Below, piece after piece: positions 38,269 to 46,965 of a stretch of 64,000 bases of DNA (position 1 is the first letter of the stretch; each line of letters opens with the position of its first letter). The stretch is taken from positions 47,456-111,455 of the forward strand of contig CALMJU010000083.1 in assembly GCA_937864465.1 (NCBI GenBank), in the 5' to 3' direction. The translations under genes and the position numbers were made by a program. The notes beneath the pieces are model-generated. The model did no database searches. It was not told the DNA's origin and saw only the letters and a list, made by a program, of their open reading frames with translations. Source of the DNA: an uncultured Acidobacteriota bacterium. Its GTDB lineage: Bacteria; Acidobacteriota; Polarisedimenticolia; Polarisedimenticolales; JAIQFR01.

Positions 38269-40031
38269 CCAGGGTGATCGTCGGCCTCGGGACCTGCGGG
38301 ATCGCCGCGGGCGCCGAGGAGACCTACCGGAGCCTCGCGGAGAAGCTCTCCTCCGGTCCGGCGGGGGTCTCGCTGGGGCGCACCGGCTGCATCGGGATGT
38401 GCTACCAGGAGCCGCTCGTAGAGGTCCGGGACGGGGACGGCGGGCGCTACCTGTACGGGAAGGTCACGCCGGAACGCGCCGAGCGGATCGCCGCCGAGCA
38501 CGTCGGCGGCGGGAAGCCGATTCCGGACTGGCTGGTCTGGTCGGACTCGGGCGCGGGGACGGAGTCGGACTTCCTGCGGAAGCAGACGCGGATCGCGCTG
38601 CGCAACTGCGGGCACATCGACCCCGAGGCGATCGACGACTACCTCGCGGCGGGAGGCTACGAGGCGCTGCGGAAGGTCCTCGAGGAGAGTGATCCCGACG
38701 GGCTGATCACGAGGATCGTGGACTCGGGCCTCCGGGGCCGCGGCGGGGCCGGATTCCTGACCGGCCTCAAGTGGCGATTCACGCGGCTCGCCCAGGGGAA
38801 GCGCAAGTTCGTGATCTGCAACGCGGACGAGGGGGACCCGGGCGCCTTCATGGACCGGTCGGTGCTCGAGGGGGACCCGCACTCGGTGCTCGAGGGGATG
38901 GCGATCGCGGCCCACGCGATCGGCGCCGACCACGGCTACATCTACGTCCGCGCCGAGTACCCGCTCGCGATCCGCCGCCTGAACGTCGCCATCGGCCAGG
39001 CGGAGGAGCGAGGGTTCCTCGGGGACAAGATCCTCGGGACCGGGTTCTCTCTCCACGTGAAGCTCAAGGAAGGGGCCGGGGCCTTCGTGTGCGGCGAGGA
39101 GACCGCGCTCATCGCATCGGTGGAGGGACGGCGCGGGATGCCGCGCGTCCGGCCGCCGTTCCCCGCCGTGAGGGGGCTCTGGGACTCCCCCACGAACATC
39201 AACAACGTCGAGACGTTCGCGAACGTCCCCTGGATCGTGCTCCAGGGACACGCGGCCTTCGCCGCTCTCGGCACCGCGAACAGCAAGGGGACGAAGGTCT
39301 TCGCGATGGCGGGCAAGATCCGCCGCGGAGGCCTCGTCGAGGTCCCGATGGGGATCTCCATCAAGGACATCGTGTTCGAGGTGTGCGGCGGCATCAAGGA
39401 GGGCCGGAAGTTCAAGGCGGTCCAGATGGGGGGTCCCTCCGGAGGCTGCATCCCCGCCGAGCTCCAGGACACGGTGATCGACTACGAGTCCATCAACCGG
39501 ACGGGGGCGATCATGGGGTCGGGCGGGCTCGTGGTGATGGACGACACCACGTGCATGGTCGAGGTCGCCCGCTTCTTCCTGGACTTCACTCAGCGCGAGT
39601 CCTGCGGCAAGTGCACGTTCTGCCGGATCGGCAGCAAGCGCATGCTCGAGGTCCTCACGAGGATCACGGAGGGCGAGGGCAAGGAGGGGGACATCGAGCT
39701 CCTCGAGGACCTCGCCGTGCGCACGAAGAGCACCTCCCTGTGCGGCCTCGGCCAGACGGCGCCGAACCCGGTGCTCACGACGCTCAAGTACTTCCGCTCG
39801 GAATACGAGGCGCACATCCACAACCGCAAGTGCCCCGCGCACCGCTGCGCGAAGCTCCTGACCTACTCGATCACGGACGACTGCACGGGCTGCACGCTCT
39901 GCGTGAAGGCCTGCCCCACCGCGGCGATCACGGGAGAGAAGCTCCGGAAGCACTCGATCGACGTCGCGAAGTGCATCGCCTGCGGCGCCTGCTTCAAGGT
40001 CTGCCGGGCCGGCGCCATTCTGAGGGACTGA
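38265..40031 (+). CDS. NuoF/HydB-like NADH- and FMN-binding iron-sulfur subunit
   Basis: N-terminal thioredoxin-like [2Fe-2S] (GTCGIAAG...GCIGMC), FMN/NADH site GRGGAGF and NADEGDPGAF, SLBB region, N3 cluster ESCGKCTFCR...C, C-terminal 2x[4Fe-4S] (CTGCTLCVKACP, CIACGACFKVC). ATGA overlap with nuoE-like. Confidence 0.92.
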   Translation: MTRVIVGLGTCGIAAGAEETYRSLAEKLSSGPAGVSLGRTGCIGMCYQEPLVEVRDGDGGRYLYGKVTPERAERIAAEHVGGGKPIPDWLVWSDSGAGTESDFLRKQTRIALRNCGHIDPEAIDDYLAAGGYEALRKVLEESDPDGLITRIVDSGLRGRGGAGFLTGLKWRFTRLAQGKRKFVICNADEGDPGAFMDRSVLEGDPHSVLEGMAIAAHAIGADHGYIYVRAEYPLAIRRLNVAIGQAEERGFLGDKILGTGFSLHVKLKEGAGAFVCGEETALIASVEGRRGMPRVRPPFPAVRGLWDSPTNINNVETFANVPWIVLQGHAAFAALGTANSKGTKVFAMAGKIRRGGLVEVPMGISIKDIVFEVCGGIKEGRKFKAVQMGGPSGGCIPAELQDTVIDYESINRTGAIMGSGGLVVMDDTTCMVEVARFFLDFTQRESCGKCTFCRIGSKRMLEVLTRITEGEGKEGDIELLEDLAVRTKSTSLCGLGQTAPNPVLTTLKYFRSEYEAHIHNRKCPAHRCAKLLTYSITDDCTGCTLCVKACPTAAITGEKLRKHSIDVAKCIACGACFKVCRAGAILRD

Positions 40032-40035
40032 ATTC

Positions 40036-43000
40036 ATGGCTCTCGTGAAGCTCGAAATCGACGGGAAGCGGATCATCGCGGACCCGAACCGCACCATCCT
40101 CGAGGTCGCCCGCGAGAACGGCATCTCGGGCATCCCCACTCTCTGCCACGACGGCCAGCTCGAGCCGTTCGCCTCGTGCTTCCTGTGCGTGGTGAAGGTG
40201 CGGGGGGCGCGGACGCTCCTTCCCGCCTGCGCCACGAAGGTCGCCGCCGGCATGGTCGTGGTGACGAACGACGAGGAGATCCGCCTGTCCCGGAAGGCGG
40301 CCCTCGAGCTCCTCCTCTCGAACCACTACGCCGACTGCGTCGGGCCGTGCCAGCTCGAGTGCCCCGCCGCGGTGGACATCCAGGGGTACATCGCCCTCGC
40401 GGCCCTCGGGAAGTACCGGGACGCCGTGCGGCTCATCAAGGAGAAGAACCCGCTGCCGTCGGTGTGCGGCCGCGTCTGCACCCGGCCCTGCGAGGTCAAG
40501 GGCTGCCGGCGGAACCTCCTCGACGAGGCGGTCGGGATCGACTGGATCAAGCGCTACGTCACCGACCTGGACCTCGGGAGCGGGGACGCGTGGAAGCCGG
40601 AGGTGGCGCCCCCGAACGGCCGGCGAGTGGCCGTCGTCGGAGCGGGCCCCGCCGGGCTGTCCTGCGCCTACTACCTCGCGGTCCGCGGGTACGAGGTCAA
40701 GATCTTCGAGGCGCTCCCCGAGGCGGGAGGGATGCTGCGCTACGGCATCCCGGAGTACCGGCTGCCGAAGGAGGTCCTCGACCTGGAGATCGACCAGATC
40801 CTGAGCCTCGGCGTGACGCTCCAGACGAACGCGGAGCTCGGGCGGGACTTCACCGTGGCGGGACTGAAGCGCGAAGGCTTCGGCGCGATCTTCCTCGGCC
40901 TCGGCGCCTGGGCGAGCTCGGAGATGCGGGTCAAGGGCGAGAACCTGCCGGGCGTCCTGTCCGGGATCGAGTTCCTGAAGAACTTCGGGCTGCGGCGCAA
41001 GATCGACATCTGGGGCCGGGTGCTCGTGGTCGGAGGAGGGAACACCGCGATCGACTGCGCCAGGACGGCTCTCCGGCTCGGCGTGAAAGAGGTCCGGCTC
41101 CTCTACCGGAGGACCCGGAACGAGATGCCCGCGAACGCCGCGGAGATCCACGAAGCCGAGCAGGAGAGGGTTCGCATGGACTTCCTCGTGGCCCCGGTCC
41201 GCGTGATCGCGGCGGGAGACCGGGTCACGGCGCTCGAATGCCTGCGGATGGAGCTCGGCGAGCCGGACGCGAGCGGCCGGAGGAGCCCGAAGCCGGTGCG
41301 GGGCTCCGAGTTCACGATCGACTGCGACTTCGTGATCTCGGCGATCGGGCAGGCCACGCTGGTTCCCCGCCTGCTCGACGGCCGGGTCCCGGACCTCCTG
41401 CCCGCCGGCGAGGTGCTCAACCTCACGCGCTGGCAGACGATCCAGGTGCGCGAGGGGACCGGCGAGACGAGCGTCGAGGGGGTGTTCTCGGGCGGCGACG
41501 TCGTGACCGGGGCCGCGACCGCGATCGAGGCGATCGCCGCGGGGCGCAAGGCGGCCCACGCGATCGACTCCTATCTCCGCGGCGCGGGGGTCCGGCCCGA
41601 GCCCTGGGAGTTCTTCAGCCGCAAGGACACCTTCAAGAAGGTAGACCTCGAGGATCTGAGGAGCCGGGAGTCGGCGCCGAGGCGGCAGATGCCCCTCCTG
41701 TCGATCGAGGACCGGGTGAAGAGCTTCGTCGAGGTGGAGCTCGGGTACACGCCCGAGGACCTCGAGGCGGAGGCGCGCCGGTGCCTCGAGTGCGGCTGCA
41801 CCGCCCTGTTCGACTGCGACCTCCGCCGCTACGCGACGGAGTACGGGGTGGACATCACCCGGTTCCTGGGCGAGGCCCGGGAGTGCCGGATCGACCGGAG
41901 CCATCCGCTCATCGATCTCGATCCGAACAAGTGCATCCTGTGCGGGCGCTGCGTCCGGATCTGCTCGGAGGTCGTCGGCGAGGCCGCTTTCGGGTTCCTC
42001 CAGAGAGGTTTCCAGACGGCGGTGAAGCCCGCGCTCGGCGGGTCCCTCCTCGACACGGACTGCGTGACCTGCGGGATGTGCATCGGCACCTGCCCCACAG
42101 GGGCGATCGCGGAGAAGTCGTCGCTCGCGAAGCCGGGCCCCTGGAAGGCCGAACGGGTTTCCTCCGTCTGCCCGTACTGCGGGGTCGGCTGCCGGCTCGA
42201 CCACGAGGCGCACGGAGACACGCTGGTGACGGTTTCCCGAAGCGAGGACGAGACCGCGCTGTACGGGAAGCACTGCAAGAAGGGACGATTCGGATACCGC
42301 CACGTGAGCGCCTCCGACCGGCTCGCCGGAGCCCGGGTCCGCACCGGGCGCGCCCTCCAGGAGACGCCGATTCCGGGCGCGATCGACTACACGGCGATGC
42401 GCCTCCGGGAGCTGACGCGGCGCTCCACCGGATCGGAGATGCTGGTCCTCGTGTCCCCGCGGCTCACGAACGAGGAGATCTATCTCGCGCAGAAACTCGC
42501 GCGCGTCGCGCTGAAGACGCACAACGTCACCACCACGGCGCATCTCGTGAACCCGGGCCTGCCCTGCCCCGACGTCGTCTCTACGGCGTCCTACGCCGAG
42601 ATCGCCGACGCCCAGGCCCTCCTCCTCGTCCACTCGAACCTCCCCGAGGAGCACTTCGTCGCGGATCTCCTCGTCAAGCAGTCCCTCCGCAAGGGCGGGC
42701 GGCTCCTGTACGTCCATCCCGAGGAGAACCGCCTGGCGCGCCTGGCGGAGGTGTTCCTCCGCTGCCGGCCGGGGACCGAGCCCCTCGTGGCCCTCGGGAT
42801 CCTGCGGGCGGTTCTCGATCTGCGCGGCGGGCCGGTCCCGGACGTCCCGGGCCTCGGAGAGGCGCTCGCCGGGCTGCGCGGCGAAACCCTCCGGGAGCGC
42901 ACGGGCGTGGACCCGGCGCTGGTCGAGCGGGCCGCCGCGATCCTGGAGAAGAGCATCCTCAAGACCGCGATCCTGAACAAGGATTATCGCGGGAGCCGGG

Positions 43001-43794
43001 CGGCCGGGGACGAGCGGTGGCTCGCCGCGGCGGCGCGCGGGCTCGGGTGCTCCCTCCTCTGTCTCCACGAGAAGGCGAACATGCAGGGGCTCCTCGACAT
43101 GGGGGCGAGCCCCGGGTGGTACCCGGGCTACCTCCCCGCGGGCGACGAGGCCGTCGTCGAGGAACTCGAGAAGGAGTGGTGCGTGGCTCTCCGGGACCTC
43201 GACGCCCGGCCGGTCGACGTCGCCGCCCTGCTCCGGGAGAAGAAGATCCGCGTCGCGGTCGTCCTCGGGGAGGACCCGTTCGGGAACCCCGACGTGCCCG
43301 CGGATCTGATCGAGGGGCTCCTCGCCGCCGATCTTCTCGTGGTCGGGGACCTCTTCTTCACCGAGACGGCGAAGATGGCCCACGTCGTGCTCCCGCTCTC
43401 GGCCCCCGCGGAGACGAGCGGGACCTACACGAATTCCGAGCGCAGGGTCCAGCGGCTGCGGCGCGTCGTGCCGCCCCCCGCGGGACTCGAGACGTGGGAG
43501 ATCCTCGTCGGGATCGGCGCCAGGATGGGCTACCGGTTCAAGATGAAGTACGCGGGGACCGGCGAGATCCTCGACGAGATCCGCCGGGTCGCTCCGATCT
43601 ACGCCTCGGTCGATCCCGACGACGGAGCCGGCGGCATCTGGGATCTCTCGGGGTTCCGGCTCGCCGCGGGAGAGCTCGCCCCGCTCGCCCCCGCTGCCGC
43701 TCCCGGGCGGACCCTTCCTCTCGACCGGCTGGAGTCCGGATTTCGGGCCTGGTTCGAGGATCTGATGGAGAAGGCCCGGACCGCCCCCCGCTGA
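40036..43794 (+). CDS. multidomain iron-sulfur flavoprotein: [2Fe-2S] + GltD/NfnB-like NAD(P)H:FAD module + [4Fe-4S] clusters + Cys-less molybdopterin-oxidoreductase-like domain
   Basis: N-terminal NuoG-type 2Fe-2S (CHDG...CFLC...AC). GltD-like region (PLPSVCGRVCTRPCE, VAVVGAGPAGLSCAYYL, VVGGGNTAIDCARTA, SGGDVV). CILCGRCVRIC and CVTCGMCIGTCP ferredoxin motifs. MopB 4Fe-4S CPYCGVGC and HCKKGRF. 1252 aa. Confidence 0.88.
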   Translation: MALVKLEIDGKRIIADPNRTILEVARENGISGIPTLCHDGQLEPFASCFLCVVKVRGARTLLPACATKVAAGMVVVTNDEEIRLSRKAALELLLSNHYADCVGPCQLECPAAVDIQGYIALAALGKYRDAVRLIKEKNPLPSVCGRVCTRPCEVKGCRRNLLDEAVGIDWIKRYVTDLDLGSGDAWKPEVAPPNGRRVAVVGAGPAGLSCAYYLAVRGYEVKIFEALPEAGGMLRYGIPEYRLPKEVLDLEIDQILSLGVTLQTNAELGRDFTVAGLKREGFGAIFLGLGAWASSEMRVKGENLPGVLSGIEFLKNFGLRRKIDIWGRVLVVGGGNTAIDCARTALRLGVKEVRLLYRRTRNEMPANAAEIHEAEQERVRMDFLVAPVRVIAAGDRVTALECLRMELGEPDASGRRSPKPVRGSEFTIDCDFVISAIGQATLVPRLLDGRVPDLLPAGEVLNLTRWQTIQVREGTGETSVEGVFSGGDVVTGAATAIEAIAAGRKAAHAIDSYLRGAGVRPEPWEFFSRKDTFKKVDLEDLRSRESAPRRQMPLLSIEDRVKSFVEVELGYTPEDLEAEARRCLECGCTALFDCDLRRYATEYGVDITRFLGEARECRIDRSHPLIDLDPNKCILCGRCVRICSEVVGEAAFGFLQRGFQTAVKPALGGSLLDTDCVTCGMCIGTCPTGAIAEKSSLAKPGPWKAERVSSVCPYCGVGCRLDHEAHGDTLVTVSRSEDETALYGKHCKKGRFGYRHVSASDRLAGARVRTGRALQETPIPGAIDYTAMRLRELTRRSTGSEMLVLVSPRLTNEEIYLAQKLARVALKTHNVTTTAHLVNPGLPCPDVVSTASYAEIADAQALLLVHSNLPEEHFVADLLVKQSLRKGGRLLYVHPEENRLARLAEVFLRCRPGTEPLVALGILRAVLDLRGGPVPDVPGLGEALAGLRGETLRERTGVDPALVERAAAILEKSILKTAILNKDYRGSRAAGDERWLAAAARGLGCSLLCLHEKANMQGLLDMGASPGWYPGYLPAGDEAVVEELEKEWCVALRDLDARPVDVAALLREKKIRVAVVLGEDPFGNPDVPADLIEGLLAADLLVVGDLFFTETAKMAHVVLPLSAPAETSGTYTNSERRVQRLRRVVPPPAGLETWEILVGIGARMGYRFKMKYAGTGEILDEIRRVAPIYASVDPDDGAGGIWDLSGFRLAAGELAPLAPAAAPGRTLPLDRLESGFRAWFEDLMEKARTAPR

Positions 43795-43809
43795 CGACCG
43801 GTCACAGGC

Positions 43810-46800
43810 TCAGTAACCCAGGCGGAGGCCGAGCTCCAGCGTCCTCGGGGGGCCGATCTGGCCGATCGGGCGGCCGAAGTCCGGCGAGATCACGCGCCCT
43901 TCGACCGGCCCTCCGTTGAACCGGTCCAGCAGGTTGAACACCTGGAGGAACATGTCCCCGCGTCCCCGCCCCCGCGCGAACGCGAACGGCTTCGACACGC
44001 GCAGGTCGATCTGGAAGAACGTCGGCGCGGAGAGCGCCGTAACGGGCGGGAGCGGACCCTGCCCGCGAAGCGCCCGGTTGACGTTCTCCGCCTCGCGCAG
44101 CTCGTTCACGATCGCGAGCGGCGTGTCCTCGCCGGTGTTCCGGTCGACGCCCGGAGGCCGGTCGGTCAGGATGCCGTCGAGGTTGTCGTCGACCCCCGTC
44201 GTGACGTTGAAGGGCGCCGCCGAACTCCACTGGATCACGCCCGACGCGCGGAGCCCCATCCACGGCAGGGGCGACTCCCCCGACAGCACGAAGCGATGGC
44301 GCCGGTCGGCGTCCGACGGGCCCTCCTCCCCGTCCAGGTCCCTGTAGTCGGAGGGTAGGTAGATCCCCCCCTTGAGCGGATCCGGCCCCGTGTCGCGGGC
44401 CCGCGACCAGGTGTACGTCGCCTGGTACCAGAACCCCTCGTCGCGCCATCGCCAGGCGAGATCCACGCCCGTGTACTCGCTGCGCCCGTCGGTCACGATC
44501 GCGGCGATCGAGCCCGTCTCCGGGTCGGTGCCGTGCACCGGCATGCACGTGAACCGGTACAGCGGATCGGGGTTCACCGGATCGGGCCCCGCGCAGTTCT
44601 CGACTGCCGTGACGGGATTGAGATCCCGCATCCTGGGGAGCTTTCGCCCGACCGCGCGCGTCGCCTCGATCTGCGCGGACCCGTTCCGCCCCAGGGCCCA
44701 CTCGGCCCCGAGCGACCCCTGGACCGTGTACGGCGTGTCGAGGCGTGTCCCGGTCGAGAACCGCATCACGAGATCCTCGGGGAACTGCACCAACTCTCGG
44801 ATCGTGTCGACGCCCCACTCCTCGACCACGTCCTCGGTGATCTCGAAGGTCAGCCCCTGCACCGGGAGGATGCCGATCTTCGTCCCGGACGTGATCGCGG
44901 ACACGGCCGGAAAGCCCATCGAGAGCTTGTCGTAGAACACCCCTCCGCCGCCGCGCACGACGAAGCTCCCGTCGCCGCGCGGAGCAAACGTGAAGCCGAC
45001 GCGCGGAGCGAAGTTGTTCCCGTCCACGGGGGCTCCCCCGTTCGGGATCGGAGAATCCACGAGGGCGCTCTCGGGGAGCCGGAACGAGCTGCGGTCGTAG
45101 CGGAGCCCGAAGTCGAGCAGAAGCTTCGGGCCGATCCGCCACGAGTCCTGGGCGAAAGCGGAGAGCTGGGTGTCGTACAGCCGCGCCTCGGGCTCCCCGT
45201 CGATCAGCTGATAGAAGAGAGGGTACGTCCCGATGTCCGCCGGATCCCCCCCAGGGGGGTACCAGGACGGGCAAGGGATGATCGGGTACGTCCCGTCTTC
45301 GATCGCCACGCTCACCTGCCAGGCGTAGACGCCGCAGTCCCCGGGGTCGAACGGAGCGTCGGTCTGGTAGAGGAAGTTCCCGTTCGGGTTGAACCGGGTC
45401 CGGATGTCCACGCGCGTCCGCGCGAGGTCGACGCCGAGCTTCAGCGTGTGAGGGCCCGCGGACCAGGTCACGTTGTCCACCACCTGGATCTTGTCCTCTC
45501 CGCGAAGCTGGAGGTTCAGGTTGTTCCCGCCGAACGTGCCCGAGGGCCGGTCGACACCGGGGCGGCTCGAGTTCGCGTACTGGTCGAACGAAGACGAGGA
45601 GAAGAGCACTCGCGCTTCGTGAATCCACGAGGGAGAGAGAACCGAGGTCAGCGACGCGGCGAGCTGGACGTCGTCCTCCTCCAGGCGGAACCCCGCCTCC
45701 GGCGTCGTGCGCCCCCCGACCATCAGCGCGTCGGTCTTCCGCGAGTCGGCGGACAGGCGGACCATCAGGATCTGCCGGGGCGTCAGGTTGAGATCCGTCC
45801 GGAGGAACAGGTTGTCCCCCTCGACCGGCCCCACCGTGTACCCCCCCGCGACCCCGTCCCGCCCGACGCCCACGTACGGAACGATCCGGTCCTCGCGCTG
45901 CCTCTCGTAGGCGGCGAAGTAGAACGCCCGGTCCTCGAGGATCGGCCCCCCCAGACGGAAGCCCGTCTGATAGCGGTCGCCCGTGCGCGGCGCTCCCTCC
46001 GGATCGGGAAGGCTCGACACGAACGGTCCCGCGTCGTTCCACGAGGCCGCGGCCCCCTGGACGAACAGCTCCCCGCTCTCCTGGTTGCCTCCCCGCCGCG
46101 TCACGATGTTGAAGATCCCCCCGCTCGCCCGCCCGAACTCCGCCGCGTAGCGGCTCGTGTTGAGGACGAGCTCCTCCACGACGAGCTGCGAGAAGAAGGC
46201 GTTCATCGAGGTTCCGCTGACCCTGTCGTTGTTGTCGAGGCCGTCCACCAGGAACGAGTTCGAGCGCCCCGACTGGCCGTGGACGACGAAGACCGCCCCC
46301 CGCTCCCCGTAGAAGTCCGCAGCGGCCGCCTGGCGCACCGAGGAGTCGAGCAGCGGAACGTCGGTCACGACGCGGCCCGCGATCGGGAGGGCGTCCGCCA
46401 CCGCCTCGCCGATCCGCATCTCCGTGCCCACCTTCTGCGGGTCCACGAGCCCGGGGCTCGCCCGCACGGTGACCTTCTCCGCGAGGCCGAGGCCGATCGT
46501 CAGATCGAGGCTCGCCGACTGCTGGAGCCGCAGCACGACCGTCCGGGACTCGCTGGAAGCCCCGTCCGGCAGGATCGCCGCGACGGTCCACGCGCCGGGC
46601 GCCAGCGACTCCATCCGGAATCGCCCCTCCGGATCGGTCGCGGCCGAGCGGACGATGCCGGAGGTCTCGGAGCGCGCCCTCACGATCGCGCCCTCGACGA
46701 CCCGGCCCCGTGCGTCGCGGACGGTGCCGCGGAGCGAGGAGGAGGCGGTCTGCGCGGCGGCCGGGACCGCGAGGAGAAGCGATGCGCCGAGGACGAGCGC

Positions 46801-46965
46801 CCACGCCCTCGCGCGGCCCCCGGCGCGACGTTCAGTGCCCGTAGTGCCCCCAGGGCCCGGTCCCGCCGGTCCCCCTCGCGACGACGAGGAAGTAGGTCTG
46901 GGACGGGCTCCCGATCCAGCAGGTCTCCGCCGGCCCCGTGTCGGCGATCGTCGCGAAGCCGGCAT
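43810..46965 (-). CDS. TonB-dependent receptor with N-terminal carboxypeptidase-regulatory-like domain
   Basis: GTVRDARGRVVEGAIVRA and DPEGRFRMESLAPGAW (CarboxypepD_reg), plug-like FLVDGLDNND, a long beta-barrel ending LELGLRLGY. The only in-frame start codon is ATG 46965, 134 nt inside the upstream gene (see findings). Confidence 0.85.
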   Translation of the reverse strand: MPASRRSPTRGRRRPAGSGARPRPTSSSSRGGPAGPGPGGTTGTERRAGGRARAWALVLGASLLLAVPAAAQTASSSLRGTVRDARGRVVEGAIVRARSETSGIVRSAATDPEGRFRMESLAPGAWTVAAILPDGASSESRTVVLRLQQSASLDLTIGLGLAEKVTVRASPGLVDPQKVGTEMRIGEAVADALPIAGRVVTDVPLLDSSVRQAAAADFYGERGAVFVVHGQSGRSNSFLVDGLDNNDRVSGTSMNAFFSQLVVEELVLNTSRYAAEFGRASGGIFNIVTRRGGNQESGELFVQGAAASWNDAGPFVSSLPDPEGAPRTGDRYQTGFRLGGPILEDRAFYFAAYERQREDRIVPYVGVGRDGVAGGYTVGPVEGDNLFLRTDLNLTPRQILMVRLSADSRKTDALMVGGRTTPEAGFRLEEDDVQLAASLTSVLSPSWIHEARVLFSSSSFDQYANSSRPGVDRPSGTFGGNNLNLQLRGEDKIQVVDNVTWSAGPHTLKLGVDLARTRVDIRTRFNPNGNFLYQTDAPFDPGDCGVYAWQVSVAIEDGTYPIIPCPSWYPPGGDPADIGTYPLFYQLIDGEPEARLYDTQLSAFAQDSWRIGPKLLLDFGLRYDRSSFRLPESALVDSPIPNGGAPVDGNNFAPRVGFTFAPRGDGSFVVRGGGGVFYDKLSMGFPAVSAITSGTKIGILPVQGLTFEITEDVVEEWGVDTIRELVQFPEDLVMRFSTGTRLDTPYTVQGSLGAEWALGRNGSAQIEATRAVGRKLPRMRDLNPVTAVENCAGPDPVNPDPLYRFTCMPVHGTDPETGSIAAIVTDGRSEYTGVDLAWRWRDEGFWYQATYTWSRARDTGPDPLKGGIYLPSDYRDLDGEEGPSDADRRHRFVLSGESPLPWMGLRASGVIQWSSAAPFNVTTGVDDNLDGILTDRPPGVDRNTGEDTPLAIVNELREAENVNRALRGQGPLPPVTALSAPTFFQIDLRVSKPFAFARGRGRGDMFLQVFNLLDRFNGGPVEGRVISPDFGRPIGQIGPPRTLELGLRLGY

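Noticed and set aside
39994-43383. 1129-aa minus-strand ORF antisense to the 1252-aa Fe-S flavoprotein gene; also the 1247-aa plus-strand frame at 40176-43919.
   Set aside because: The sense frame at 40036-43794 carries multiple ordered Fe-S, FAD and NAD(P)H motifs. The alternatives are low-complexity Arg/Gly/Pro/Asp strings.
43802-46804. 1000-aa minus-strand ORF in another frame of the TonB-receptor region, and the plus-strand ORF at 44533-47235.
   Set aside because: The receptor frame (43810-46965) has CarboxypepD_reg, plug and C-terminal beta-barrel signatures. The others are low-complexity shadows.
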